This document shows, piece after piece, positions 1 to 13,560 of a DNA stretch of 64,000 nucleotides. The notes below the pieces were generated by a model. It ran no database searches. It had not been told where the DNA came from and saw nothing but the letters and a program-made list of their open reading frames with translations. Source of the DNA: Cirrosporium novae-zelandiae (lineage: Eukaryota); assembly GCA_026023565.1 (NCBI GenBank), contig JAPETS010000003.1, positions 1,054,001 through 1,118,000 of the forward strand. Direction: 5' to 3'. Positions within the stretch are counted from its first letter, which is position 1. Each line of letters begins with the position of its first letter. A program made the translations under genes and the position numbers.

Positions 1-539
1 TAAGGATCTTCAAACATAATGTATGACAAACCTACGAAATAAAAACGGTGAAGCATACGGGTAAGTTGATATGTAATTATGTAGTAGTAGCAAATCGTAG
101 CAAATTTGCTATTTATTAGCCGATTGGATCTGAAAAAGAAAAACAAATGGTTTTTCTTAACGCTATTCGCTATACTTCTTGTATGCTTATCGTAAACCGT
201 TCCCTTCCCCGTTTCCCCCCCAAAAAATCAGAAGAAATCAAAATCCTTGGTAAGATAACTTCAACCATCAAACGAAAGTAAAATTTATACAAAGCCCTCC
301 CTAGATCGAGTTCCAATTGCCACTCCAATTAGGCGGCGGCTTCCCAGCAGACTAAACCGAGCTCGCATCATTATCCCTCCTAAGAACAGCCAAGATCTGA
401 TCCTGCTCATCAGAGAAAGGAGAGGACTAAAACCATGGACTATCCTTGGTTTTTCCCACCTTGATCCTCCCGCCAGTGCTGGAGTAGTTGGTCGTCGCCA
501 GATTCGTCATCCATCAGGACATCCTATGTCAGAATATGT

Positions 540-1176
540 CAGAACATGTGCTATTTTGCATCCCAAGGCCCAAACATCACCGTGTAGTTATAGCTGTTTA
601 AATCTACCAGCGACACTGGGGATTGGTATACCTTAATATCCACTTCACTCAAAAGCCGAGGTCGTTGATAAGAAACAGCCCTGAGCGAAATTTGGTAGGC
701 CAATCCTCAACCCGCCAGTTTTAAGCATCTGCTAACGTTGAGCTAGAAGTTTTCAGACTTCGCATCTCGATAGATGACTCCCCTAGAGTGGCAGCACGCG
801 AGACCCTCGACCACCTGGAGGACGATAGCTTTATGATAGTCACATCGTTCGATACCGAGAGTCTTGGGACGAGTTCGTACAGGTCGCTGTCGAGGTAGTA
901 CTCAAAGACGATGTTGAAATCCGTCCCGATGCTGAACGTGTCCAGCACCTTCAAGATATTGTTGTGGCTGAGCGTCCGGGGAATCGTTGCCTCGTGTCTT
1001 ACCTCTTCGTTGAAAGGCCTTCTAGAGGATGATACTCCAGCCCACTTGATGACCACTTCTGAAGGATTCAGGGCGATAAAAAAGTCGCCCAACTTTCGAC
1101 AGTGCAGTACCAGGGCCACATCCCCGAATTCTTCCCTGCCTAAAAGCTTGCAGGGAATGCACTTAGCCTCCAGCAT
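540..1176 (-). pseudogene. Ser/Thr protein kinase pseudogene (CMGC/CDK-like)
   Basis: The ORF gives subdomains I-V (LGREEFGDV, VVIK, HEATI.RTLSHNNILKVLD, IVFEY, DLYE). After a frameshift near 830 my reading continues QVVEGLACCHSRGVIYRDAKSENF*LN..LKLAG*GLA, and after further shifts DVWALGC. The HRD, KPEN and D(F/W)G motifs are degraded and there are in-frame stops. The 3' limit is approximate. Confidence 0.85.
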
Positions 1177-1901
1177 AGTCGACGATATGCATGTCGGTAC
1201 ATTAAAAAAAATAGGTGTGTTGTGGCTTAACTTACCCTATGGTACAATTTTAGCTATTGTACTCGTTCAGTTGGTCTTCATGCAGCCTACTTATGTTGGG
1301 TAGACCACGCCTTTGAGGAGGTATTCGGTTATAGTAAGTATTAAACGAGTTATCAAGGGCTGTTTCGGTGGTGGGGAGAAAGAAGTTGTAGGGGAGTAGT
1401 TATGATTAAATAGGAAAAATATTCTAGTTGAGTTCGATATCCTCACCAGTGTACTATGATACTCTGGACAACCAGTTCTAACCCTGGAACCAACGATGAG
1501 TGATATATTCAGTGCTGATGAATTAAGGGTATATAGAGCAAAAGCCCCGGGTCCAGTCCGAGAAATAACTGGTTCCAAAGGTTTTGAAGTTGTGAAAGAT
1601 GGATGTGGACAAATTTCAAAGCACTTGAGACTTAAGAAATGTAGAGCTAGCATATAGGCCGCTTAAGTAGAAAGAACTTACTACCATTCACTCGCATAGC
1701 CATTATTGTGTTGTGTTGTTGAAAGTTTTTAATAAAACACCCCTTCAGGCGAAATAGAGACACCTGAATCGATTTTTCCACGCCCGAAAATTGAAGCCCA
1801 AGCTGCTCTCCTCTCTGTTGCTTAACTGATATCGTACAGATCCTCCCTCTGATCACCCCCTGCTATTACAACGTCATAGTCCTACAAACCCCCAACTCAG
1901 T

Positions 1902-4900
1902 TTAACCCGCATACCTCCTTCCATCTCTCAACTTATGGATACTCGGCCTGCTATGTTTCTTTGGTGTTTCCCCTCGAGGAGAACTGTCTGCTGGATACCT
2001 AGTCCCGTTTCTGAGCTCGTGTACATAGATACGGTTCGATTTTCGCCGTCGATGGTTCTTACCATGATGTTTTCGGTCCTCGTGCCTGCCGCTACCGTCC
2101 ATATCAAAACTGCTATCTTCCCCACCCTCGGTGGTGGCAAGTTCGCTCTCTTGAGTGCTAGCAGTGCCTTCTCTAGCTTGTTGGGTATCGCTATTATTTT
2201 CATATTTCTCGAACATGGTATTTCCTGCCTTGTCCCACCATTTCCTTAAGCCGGTAGCGAAAGATCGCTCTTCCGCTCCGAATTCCAACGGTGGTCCATC
2301 TACGCGTAGTTTGGATCCTGGAGAGAACACTGCCCAAGCACTGCTTTCTGTACTTATGAGTGCTATTTCGTGATCCAAAGATTGGACCTTGAAATCGCGA
2401 AGGAGGATAGCGTCGCCCTTTTTAACTGATGGAAGAGCTTCTTTGCGGGGCCTAAATATTTGGGCGATGGTTACATTTGGAGAATGGGCCGGTACGGTGA
2501 GAAGGAGGGTAATTGTATAATCCTTTGGTCCAGATTTTGACCGTATCAATTCTGTTGAGTTGACAAGAATAGCGAGAACGTCAACTTTGGACGAGAAATG
2601 CTCCCCAAGAGCAGATAGATTGGTGAAATAGGCATAACGTGTCCGGAAGCCTGTTAGATCAGGGCCTGGTGAAGGAGATTGCTGCTTAACTTCTAAGGGC
2701 CAAGCAGCTTTGTTGTCTGGTAAATTGGAATCTTGTTTAAAAGGAGTTATCAAAGAATCTTCATCTTGTGCTTCTTGATCAGAAGGCTTGGTCACTTTGC
2801 TTTCATGCTCACTTTGGTCCTCATCATCCTCCGCTGATATTTGGCCTTCGCCTTCAGATTCACTTTCTTCCCGATTTTGTTGACTCTGTCGCTTTGGGAC
2901 AAACCAAGTGTTGATGCCTTCAGGTTCATTTTGCTTCATGGATACTTGATCTTCATTTTCAGATTCGCTTGCCTCTTGATTTACCTGAATCTGTCGTTTC
3001 GGTATAAACCAGGCACCAATGTCTTCTGGCTCGTTTGCCTCCACGGATACTTGGTCTTCCTCCATTGCCATTTGGTCTTCTTTCACAGATACTTGGTCCT
3101 TGTCTTCAGATTCATTTTCCTTCTGATTTTGCTGGTTCTGTTGTTTTGGTACAAACCAAGCACTGATACCTTTAGGAACATTATTCTCCATATCGGGATC
3201 TTGGGGGTATTCGATGTCGTTGACCAGAGATGTCAGTTCCTGAGTCGTCTCCGCAATAACAGTTTGCGATATTTGCGTGAAACTCTGCGTGAGTTGAGGA
3301 GTTAGTAGATCTTGTGGCTGCAATTGGGGCACTAAGCCACCTATTTGCAGTTCCTCGGGCTGATTTTGTTGTGATAGTTCTGGTGTAGCAATAGAATTTT
3401 TGAATCTCGGGTCTACGAGGACTTGATCAGAAAGGTCAATCTCGAGGTCGCGGTTGTCTCCCTGGCGAAGTGTTTCAAGTTGTTTGCCTGGACTATCTTC
3501 AAGCCGAGATGGATAGTGTACCTCGGTTATCAGATTTGAGGTTGTCCCTATGGTCTGTTGATTCTTCTCTTCTCTTTGTTGGTCACCCTGATAAGTAGAC
3601 TTCAACTCTAAGCTTTCTTCAATCTCTAAATTCGTACGTTGCTCCGATTCTTCGTGAGAGCCGATGACGAGATCTAGAGATTTATCGGACCTGAGTTTAT
3701 GATCATCCATAATTATCTCTTTTGATAAGCCTTCTTGGGTAGACTCGCCACCACGATCTTCCATGACTCCTTGTCTTGAACCTTCACTCTCGACGTTGTC
3801 TTCCAATTTTTCAGCAGATTGTTCATCTAACATTTCGGCATTAGGCTCAGTCTTAGAGTCTTGAATCGCCTGCTCTTGTGAGGCTCCACTATCCGATCCA
3901 TTCTCAGATTCTACAACATATTTTGAAGATAATGCTTTATTATCTATTTCGTCTCCAGCATAGTCATTTTCCAACCCCTCTTCGTCGTCTTCCTCAAGTC
4001 CTTCGGAGTCAGTATCTAAGGATTCGCCTTCTTCGGAATCGGGTTCAAGATCAATAATTCCCGACGACCTTTGTTGAGGTACCTTTTCTTGAATCGCAAT
4101 GTTCTCTTCCAACTCTTCGTCGCTTTCCTCCGAAGATTCAGATAAGTCCTCGTTGATTTCATCGCCTGAAAGGTTATGAATATTCGTGCCATAGCTTGGC
4201 TGTATCTCTTCACCCGAGACCTCAGCTTCGTCGGATTCGTCAATATCTTCTACGCTCTGTTTATCGTATATATCATGCTGTTCAGAGTAGACAGCATTAC
4301 TTTCATCATCGTCTCCGTCTGTAGCTTCATCATCGGACACTTCATCGTCAAACGGATAGTCTAAGTAAGTATTGCTCTCATCCTCATCACTATCTTCGTG
4401 GATTTCTTCCCGTTCAACTATTTCCAGATCCGAATCATCTTCTTGACTCGATACAGATGAATCCAACTCTTCCCTAAATGAGACGCCACCAGACTCCGGC
4501 ATTTCTAGCGTAACATTTTCAATTGGGTGACTAGTCGCAGCATAGCTTTGTCCCGCTCCGATGTGAGCCAGAGCTTCCATCGCCAAATTTTCATCTGTAA
4601 GCTTTATGTTAATAGTAGAATCTTGATCAAGTGATGTTATTTGAACCTCTGTGTCAAATTTGTGGGCACTTAAAGCGTGGGCGCTAGCTGCCGGATCCTT
4701 TAACTGATCGTGGGGTGTAAAATCGCCCTTCTGTAACGTTGAATTGATTCCCGATGCCCCGGCGGATGGGTCATCTTGGCCTTGTTCTTGAATATAACCG
4801 CTCATATCCAATTCGGATTCGTTCTCTTGGCCCTGATCACTAGCTAGAAGGTAGTCCGCTGGAGGCTTACGCTGCACAAGGGGAGAAATCAAGGGTAGAT

Positions 4901-6190
4901 TAGAAGAGTCAAGAGGATTGAGTCGAGGCGATTCAAACACGCCTAGCGTGACCGAAGAAGGATGCTGTGGAAGGGGAGAAATCGCGAAGCCATTGATTCC
5001 TATACTTTGTTGGATAAATAATGGTTCCGATGCTGACCGAAGGTCGTGTTCTAAAAGATCCGACCCACCCTGAGCTAGCTGGCTAAAGGTTTCCATTCCA
5101 GTCGGCGTAGAAGAGTTATCAACATCCATTTCTTTGTTGGCTACACTGCTCGGCTTCTCGGGGGCCGTTTTGCTGTTTGCGCTGGAATCTCCTTCAACAT
5201 CTTGATCTAGAACTGGACTATATTCCCGCGTCTCAACCTCTCTATCATTCTCAGCAAGATCTGGGGGCGAAACAGTGTCTAATTGCGCCTCGACTGCGAC
5301 ATTGACCATAAGAGTATCCAGTGCTTGTCCATCCGCTTGGGTCAATGGCGGAGAACGCGAAGAACGAGGTGCCTCATTTGCTTTATTTGACTCTGTATTT
5401 GTACTCTGTTCTTGACCTGAATATCCCCACTGTGAACTCCCCCAGCTAAGCCTTGCTTTCTTGTGTGGTCTGCCGTCCAAATAATCAACATTTTCTGCAA
5501 ATGGATCTACCTGACTCCCGAAAAGAGATCCTAACGATATTCGACTTCTTTTGAGAAAGGCCGGCGACGAGTATATGTAGGATCCTTCATCTGTCGGAAA
5601 TTGGAAAACTGAGCTATTTTCACGAACTGGTGAACGAGTAGGGGAAAAAAAAGGGCTAGTCGACTCAGAGAGAGCCTGGGGGGATGCCGGAGGGTGGTCG
5701 ATATCAATCGAAACGCCCAATCCGACATCTCTTGTAATCTAGGTCTGGAATCAGCAAGTAGTAATCGGCCTCGCGCGTTTCTTCATACCTCCAACTTCGT
5801 CCGTTCTGAAAATTGTAGGACCCAATCCACTTCCTTGCCAGGAGTTTTTATGGTAGAACCTTCTTGTTTCCACTCTACCCCAACAAGATATAATGTGACT
5901 CTATCACCATTGGTGATACCGGTTTTCGATAGCTCCTTCCCGCTGGGTCCAATGAACTTGACGCGGACTTGTCCTTTGTCCCGACGTAACCGTACATCAG
6001 GTTCTGCAATACGTAAGGTGATCGAGCGCTGAGAAGAGGAATATGGCCAAACTAAAGTAACTGTAGCTTTGATCGCTAAGGTTTCGACCTCGGGCAAAGA
6101 AGGCGACAGTTCTGCAATAGAGACAAGCTTGGGGGGCCTTGGAGCTACCTGGCCACTCTCAACATTATTCTCTCCCATGATGTCACTCAT
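1902..6190 (-). CDS. Large acidic protein with an N-terminal OB-fold and a C-terminal POT1/CDC13-type telomeric ssDNA-binding OB domain
   Basis: Exon 1 is 6190-5789, followed by a 50-nt intron (GTATGA...GCTGATTCCAGACCTAG, 5788-5739) and in-frame exon 2 at 5738-1902. The N-terminus has IKATVTLVWPYSSSQRSITLRIAEPDVRLRRDKGQVRVKF. The C-terminus has KVDVLAILV...GPKDY...AQIFRP..EALP.V..GDAILLRDFKVQ...SAWAVF...GPPLEFG, typical of POT1-like OB folds. Confidence 0.75.
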
Positions 6191-6901
6191 GCAGATGTCC
6201 TAGCATTTGGAACTTTTCTCTTGTCGGCAGTAATAATTATGGAAAAGAAGCTCTCGAGAGTCGATCTTGAGAAGGCGGAGGTAAGAATTCGTACATGGAG
6301 TTGGTTGTGAAGGAGTGAATTGTGGCCCAAAACCCGGAGGTCTGTCTCACTGGGATCCTGGACCGGGCAGCTTTGTTCAAATTAACATCTGGCTATTCAG
6401 GTGTTTTCAACACTTCAAAGACTTGAGGGTTATTTCTATGGTCGCTTTTATATACAATTAAAGTAATGACATGGTATTAACTTGCCATTAACCTCAAATT
6501 ATTATTCAATACCCCGGCATCCCTAGCACCCTAGCACCTACCCAGGACCGTGACACGCCTGATCATCGACCGTAGTGAGCATAGCGTGGATCTAATAACT
6601 AAATCTTATCTTATCTTCCTATCTCCGTCTATTTTCTGTTTGGTTGCGCCATCATCCACCAAATCTCATCAGTATCAGAGTGGATCGCCGAAGGACCTAT
6701 AATTGAAATGTTCTTAAAATTTGGGCCTATGTCGGACATACTCTTGCATGATCTGAGATTTATTAGTCGGAAATTTCTCCGTCTCTCTTTCATGACCCGT
6801 TGAATATATACAGTTTGTTCGTCTTACCACAATATCAAATTCTGAGTTTACCGAGAATTCTTATCTCATCATTATCCTTACAGGAGAACAAAGGCCAAAG
6901 A

Positions 6902-8507
6902 ATGACTCCCTCAAAGATCAAATCAGTGGCTGTTCTTGGAGCCGGTCCTTCGGGGCTGGCTACTGCCAAGTGCGTCCTCTGCAAGTAATTATATATATAA
7001 ATTTAACATATCTAACCCTCCAAAAGATATCTTCTTGCAGAGAACTATTTCGAGAAAATTGATGTCTTTGAGCAGGCTAGTCGCAGTGGTGGTGTTTGGA
7101 ATTACTCATCCCCTGGGAATGGCCATGGTCTTTCGGTACCCCAGACAAGCCCGCATGTTCCTCTTGAGGAGCCTCTCAAGCCGGAAGCTCATATTAATGG
7201 TGCCATGAACGGGGACGATACCGAAGTGACTTTTGTCTCCCCAATATATGACCGCTTGGAAACAAATATACCACATTTTCTGATGCAATTTCACGATAAG
7301 CCATTCCCAAAAGATATACAACTCTTTCCGCCCTATCCGGTTGTTACGCAGTATCTGCATGAATATGCTGAAGATATCCGCCATCTGATATCATTCCATG
7401 TTCAAGTGGTTGATGTTCGGCTTAAGAAGGAAGGAAGCGAAGATGTTTGGATAGTCAAGACTAAGAATCTCAAGACACAGGCTGTTACGGAAGGTTTGTA
7501 TGATGCTGTAGTCGTTGCGACTGGACATTATAGGTGAAGTTTCTTGTGGCAGTGTAAACTGATCAAGCCTTTACTGATTTAAAATTGATTGATATAGTGT
7601 TCCATATGTACCAGATGTCAAAGGAATTTCGCATTGGGATCATACTTACCCGGGAATAATCTCCCATTCCAAATTCTATCGTCGCCCAGAAACCTTCAAA
7701 GATAAGAAGGTAGTAGTCGTTGGAAATTCGGCATCTGGAATTGATGTTGCCGCTCAAGTTAGCCAATTTGCCAAAAAGCCCGTACTACAGTCGCAAGAAT
7801 CGGAATCGTATATGAATGTTGGACCTGTCCCATCATGGAAGGAGGAGCTTCCGCGAATTGTTGAATTCTTACCTCCTGAAACTTACAACAAGGCAATCCG
7901 TTTCGAAAATGGCCGGATTGAGGAAGGGGTCGATGCTATTGTATTCTGCACTGGATATTTCTACTCATTCCCCTTCCTTTCTTCTCTAGAGCCACCTCTG
8001 ATCAGCGACGGAACAAGGACACAACATGTTTTCAAACATTTGTTTTATATTGACCACCCGACCTTAGCATTCTCGGTGCTAATGTATAAGATCATCCCTT
8101 TCCCTCTTGCTGAAAGCCAGGCTGTAGTCTTGGCCCGTATATGGGCAGGACGGCTTTCTTTACCGGATAAGGCAGATATGTCTAAATGGGAACAGGCCGT
8201 CATATCTGAGAAAGGTGCTGGAAAACGCTTTCACGAAATGACATTTCCAAAAGATGCAGAGTATCTAGATGAAATGCATGATTGGGCAGAACAGGCTACA
8301 CTTAGAGACGGCTTAGAAAGAGAAGGGAAAGGTAAGGAAGGTCCCAAATGGAGCGATAAGCAAAGATGGTTCAGAGGGCGGTTTCCACTTATAAAAGCCG
8401 CTTTCCTTGCTCAAGGGGAGGGTCGACGTAACATAAAGACCATGGAAGAGTTAGGATTTGACTATGAAGCTTGGCAAAATAATGAACAGGAGGAGAATAT
8501 TGTGTGA
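6902..8507 (+). CDS. fmo1: Flavin-containing monooxygenase (FMO family, thiol-specific FMO-like)
   Basis: Exons 6902-6969, 7027-7533 and 7598-8507. Motifs: FAD-binding GAGPSG, GGVW, ATGHY, FMO signature YPGIISHSKFY, NADPH-binding GNSASG, and FCTGY. Confidence 0.9.
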
Positions 8508-8676
8508 CTTTAGATGTTGTTTGGCCATTTCAAATCAAAGCAGGCACGGAAGATACCATTTATAGATGAATAGCGAATCAAATCTCCTCTCTAAGATGCT
8601 AGATGATGTGGAACAGGAGAAGGTAGAATGAAATGAAGTGGTGGTAGATGTAGGTAATTGGATGTGGTGGGTACTT

Positions 8677-8949
8677 TAGAAATGAAAGCGACCAGAACTG
8701 AACGACTGCTTCACCTATTTTTGACCTATTTACCGGTTCTTCTACGTTTACAAAAAAAATCGCCCAACTACCATAAAAACTTAATATAATCTAGAAATTT
8801 TATAGAATATATCTATATATAATAATTGATAATAAAAAAATGTTTTTTTTTTCATTATTATAAATATTTACACGAGGTAGAGGCTACCTTAGACTTCTAC
8901 AACCGGTGTCAATGGGCATTTCGCTTAGTTCTGGTCGCTTTCATTTCTA
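8677..8949. mobile_element. MITE / non-autonomous Tc1-mariner-like element with TA target-site duplication
   Basis: Left end TA-GAAATGAAAGCGACCAGAACTGAACGA (8677-8705). Reverse complement of the right end TA-GAAATGAAAGCGACCAGAACTAAGCGA (8921-8949). They match at 27/29. The interior is very AT-rich and non-coding. Confidence 0.8.
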
Positions 8950-9261
8950 CCTATCAAAGTAGACTAGTCTAATGTAATTAACTTGAGCTGGTAATAAATA
9001 CGTAAGTGGCACGTGGTGGGTAACCCAGCAATACCGATAATACCAATAATACATGAAATCTATACATTAACCTTTAATCCATAGTCTAGCTACCTAGATA
9101 ATTAGCTAGCTCTCTCATTCTTCGTATTCCTCTTCAACCTTTCCCTACGTCCACACGTCTCGTTTCTAAGACTCGCTATTACATTAATATAATAGATTTC
9201 TAGTTATCAATTTCTCAAGTATTCTACACAAAATTAAAGTCGCCAACTCTTCACCCGCATT

Positions 9262-11823
9262 ATGGAAACTCCGAGCAGCGATATCAATAGAAATAATTCA
9301 CCGGGTACTCGAGATTTCAAGACTTCGAAAGAATTTTCAGTAGTTCATATACTAATTAAACTATCCAGGACCTTTAAAACCAGCACACCGTATTTCAAAA
9401 GCGTGTGAAGCATGTAGGAGCAGAAAGACTAAATGCGATGGGAAGGTATGTAATAGTTATTTGATAATTCCACAATTTGGAGCATCATGATAGCAAAGAT
9501 AACTTCAACCCATACACATACGAGCTTGGCTGGTGCTGACGAACCTGTCGTTATCAAGCGGCCATGTAGCTATTGCCAACAACGCAATGCTATGTGCACC
9601 TATCGAATTGCCACTCGTCGTCCTAAAAGGGCTTCAAATCTGGATCCTACAAAACGTGAATCTACCCCCCAAGAGCATGCTGACCATGGAGACGGAGAAC
9701 TTGATGACTCAAGCTTGGAGTATCAAGATGCGATGCATACTAGTATTATCGCCTCTCATGCTGCTACTCCCTCATGTATTATACAACTCTACTATGGCCC
9801 ATCATCAAATTTCTCATTCGTGCAACAATTACATCGTAGACTGGATCCGGATTATGATCTCTCTATTAGGGGCGGAGGCGAAGTTAAAGAAGGTGGAGCC
9901 GAATTGGATTTATTCAGGCATAGAGGTGTTTTCTTCGGTCGCCCTACCATTAATCAGAACCGTATGAAATCTACTCGTGGGGAAACACAGTTGACATTCT
10001 TGCATTACGACCTTGCGAAAACTTTTCTTCAAACTTTCTTGTCAACAACTTACTGTCTTTGCCCGATCCAGAGTCCACAACAACTAGAGATAAAACTCGA
10101 CACGTTGTATGGTCAAGTCGATGCAAGCCCTTTAAGTCTCTCAGACAAAGCAATGCTTGTTATGACTCTCGCTGTTGGGGCATCTCTGACTGAATACGAT
10201 GACTGGGGAAATTGCCTTTTCAAAGATGCTAAATCTGATATGGAAATATTAGATGACGTTGTCAACCTTCAAATGGTCCAACTCTATCTACTTTCGATAA
10301 GTCTCCTTGCATTTCTAGTCACCATAGAAAGCTTACTAACATTGGCTTTTGGGTTTCTTTTACGCACACTATCAGGTGAATGTGGGACGGCCAAATTCCG
10401 GATATCTGATGCTCGGAAACGCAGTACGTACAGCCTTTTCAGCAGGCCTTCATAAAACTATTCCTATTGTGGCCAACGATCCGGAAAAGGAGGCCCAAAT
10501 CCGAGAACGGAGCACAACTTTTTGGGCTCTCTATTGTTTTGAAACGTATGTTCCATTGCAAACTCATTAAGCTTATGTTTTTGCGCTGACTCTTATTCCG
10601 CGTTTTAGTTATCTCTGTTACACTGCTGGAAGGCCGAGCTCGATTCCTGAAAGTGTTATTGATATCAAGCTACCTGATAATCAACCCGTTCTCTTAGCAC
10701 TTGTACGAATATCCAAAATCATTTGGTCTGCCGCTCAGAAGATCTACTCCCATAGGCATGCTTCTGTTAGGTCCACTTGGAGATTGGTCCAAACAACTCA
10801 TCGAACATTGAAGACTTTCGCTGCCGACGTAGAAAATAGCCTTGGGTTTAACGTGGATGGTCCCCTTCTACCAGGTGAATTAGGTGTGGTTCAAATATTT
10901 ATCTCTTGTCGTAAGGCACCCTTCCCTGAAGTTACATGTTTAAATCAGCTCAGAAAATTTAACATAGTCTACCATCACACCATGCTTCTTAGCCTTCGTC
11001 CCTTCCTTGTACTTCACGAAGTATGGAGGAAACAGAACCAAAATTCAGACGATCCAGCGTGGTTGCTTGAAGCATGCCAGCATGCAGTCAACTCAGCACG
11101 GAGCCTTATATCCATTATTATTGATGGAAATGAGCTTCACCACCTACTCAGAGTGTGTTTCCCTTTGTAGTTCCAGTAAGTATGTCTACACTAACAACCT
11201 GCTAGGGATACGGCTATTTTATTTACTACATCGAAACTGCCTCTTATGTGCTTATGTTTGACATTCTCCGTGAAGAGAAATCTAGGTTGCAGAATGTCTC
11301 CACGGTCAAATCTGCACTAAAGTGTCTTTCTAATATGACAGTTCCGGGGCAAAATATTCGTGATGGTTATTTTGGTATTCAGCGTATGCTTGATGCCATT
11401 GAAGGTATACCAACACAAGATGAACAAATTCCTGAACGTAATACATTAGGCCATCGTTTTGTTTCCTCCATTCCTATGACATTAGAGAGCTCACCATCTG
11501 TTTCGAGTCAGGATGGTACCAAAACCACTGCAATAAATCAATATAACCTATGCTGGTCACAGAATCAAGCTCCTGATGCCAGCCCCAATGCCATTGGAGT
11601 GGACAGTCAGAACGTATCACAACTCCAGACAATGGCACCTTCGATGCCGAATCAAGTACCACCAGAAGCGGCTTACAATTTCCCCGCCCTTTCCGGGCCC
11701 TTTCTAGGTCATGATCTACCAAACTTTAGCTTCCCTGGCGGGGATTGGAACTTTGATTTATCAACAGCCGATCTTGAGTGTTTGATGTCAATAGATGAAA
11801 ATGAGGAATCAGGGCTCAGGTAG
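9262..11823 (+). CDS. Zn(II)2Cys6 transcription factor with fungal-specific TF (middle homology) domain
   Basis: The spliced N-terminus reads RISKACEACRSRKTKCDGK / RPCSYCQQRNAMCTY (six-Cys cluster split by an intron at ~9446). Further motifs: YYGPSSNFSF, GNAVRTAFSAGLH, ERSTTFWALYCFE, GRPSSI, YHHTMLLSLRPFL. It has several introns, and the start codon is inferred. Confidence 0.88.
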
Positions 11824-13229
11824 TTGAGCAAACTGTCTTATGTGGAATAGATGATTTGGATACTGGGCCTATCTTTCATACTAGAGGTTGGGCTTTTTCT
11901 CTCATTCGGATGATTTGACTTTGGCCTGATTTACATGCTCAATCGTTGAATCGATGCGAGCATGAAAATTTCGAACAGCAGTGTACAATGCGAGATCCAC
12001 CATTTTCTTTGGTATCAACTTCTTCATGGATTTGGTATCATAGTCCGACTCCCGAATTATCGAAGACTGCTAAGCCTCAAAATTGACAAACGAGCGAAAG
12101 CTTGATGCCTTCCCGCACGCATTAGCATGTATTTTCATACCTCCTTGAGATGACCTATCACCCTCCATGGGTATACAAGATGAGATCGGACGTTCGGAAT
12201 GTGAGTGTCAGGTCCTTTCGAGATCTAGGGATCTATTCCTAAGCCATGGGAAATTGGATACCATCACATCACATTTTAAGTGAAGGCAATCCACAGGTGG
12301 TCATTAATATTTGATAATCATCCGTAAGTTCGAGAGGCCGAAATCATCTGCTGACCTAACAGTGGTTCCCTCTGCTATCACTCCACAGAAGAGCCTCGTC
12401 GAACCCAGGATCCGAGCAAACCATTGCCCAAACATGACTTCTTTCATCATAGTCCATTATTAATAGCCTCGGATCCCGCTCTAACCTTAATTCAAGAACT
12501 CCTGACAAAATGGGCCGTACATATCCGACCAGATCGGCTCTAATTATCATCTTTTCAATCTCTAACTGGACTTGGAATCAATAACCACACTAGGTTATTT
12601 TGGACGACTTTGATCTGAAACCATGGAGTTATAATTATTCACTCAGTCCAGGCAGATAAAAAATTTTTGTGCAAGTTAAGCAAGTCGAAATAGACATTGA
12701 ACCTTAGTAGATTATTTAAAGAGCCGACCGAGAGGGTGAAGAAGAGATGCAGCAAGTTTGACCAGCCACCAGCCGTTTCAGAGATCAAACCTAACATCGC
12801 CCATATTTGGATTTCTGACCCAGTAGGTCAGCTTAACAATGTCTATATGTAGGCTGTTTCTATTCTTGTGCCTCATAGGCCTAAAGTGTTGTTTTTCTTT
12901 TATTTCTTTGCGTGTATTTGATATTCACTTTCTTGTTTGAACTTTACAACACTATTAATTTATTTATTCGATTGTGAACGGAGGATTAGGCCCCGTCAAG
13001 GAGACACTCCCCCTCAAAGATACGATATCTGGAATTTTTTATTCGTGTCTATCCTTCCATACCAAGCGTCTTAGTCATAGCTCTAGCTAAGTCCCGAGGA
13101 GAAAACTCTCTAAGACTTCGCCATCAAAAAATCCGGAAGAGGTTTTTATATTTAGGTCAAAAGACCTTTATAATATCCAGGCGATGAATTTCCACATCGA
13201 TTTCCTCAATACCCTCAACTTTTCCCAAA

Positions 13230-13560
13230 AAACTGCTCTGAGGCTACGTCGTCTAGTGATTCCTTTATATAGGATGATAATATGGATCGAGATATAGAGG
13301 GTTAGACAGATAACCCTAAACTAGGGTACATATGAATTGAATATTGAATATCCTATTTTGATTACCTTTACTGGATCCGACGACCCCGAAAACCCAAGCA
13401 ATTGATCAAGGAGCCAGCCAGTAGTCGTCGGGTTAGCATTATTTCTTCGGTTCTACTCTACTCTCACGGTTCCCTGGCAATCACTCTATCTTCGACTCTT
13501 CGGCCGAAGTTATCACGTTCGGAGTACTAGTCCTCTATTTTCCAATCACCTCTGGATAGA
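13230..13560 (+). pseudogene. Relic 5' fragment of a DHA1-type MFS transporter
   Basis: The + strand reads YPILITFTGSDDPENPSN*SRSQ (DDPENPxNW motif with TGG>TGA). It is preceded by DDNMDRDIE and followed, in a shifted frame, by FDSSAEVITFGVLVLY. No downstream helices are recognisable, and boundaries are approximate. Confidence 0.55.

Noticed and set aside
30..205. Short palindromes and a possible inverted repeat at the window start (AAGCATAC/GTATGCTT, TAGCAAATTTGCTA)
   Set aside because: The arms are too short and irregular to call an element, and the context is cut by the window edge.
1291..1653. Coding-like relic upstream of the kinase pseudogene
   Set aside because: No family is recognisable on either strand.
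6902..11823. FMO plus Zn2Cys6 TF as a secondary-metabolite cluster
   Set aside because: The FMO looks like the housekeeping thiol-specific type, and there is no adjacent backbone enzyme.
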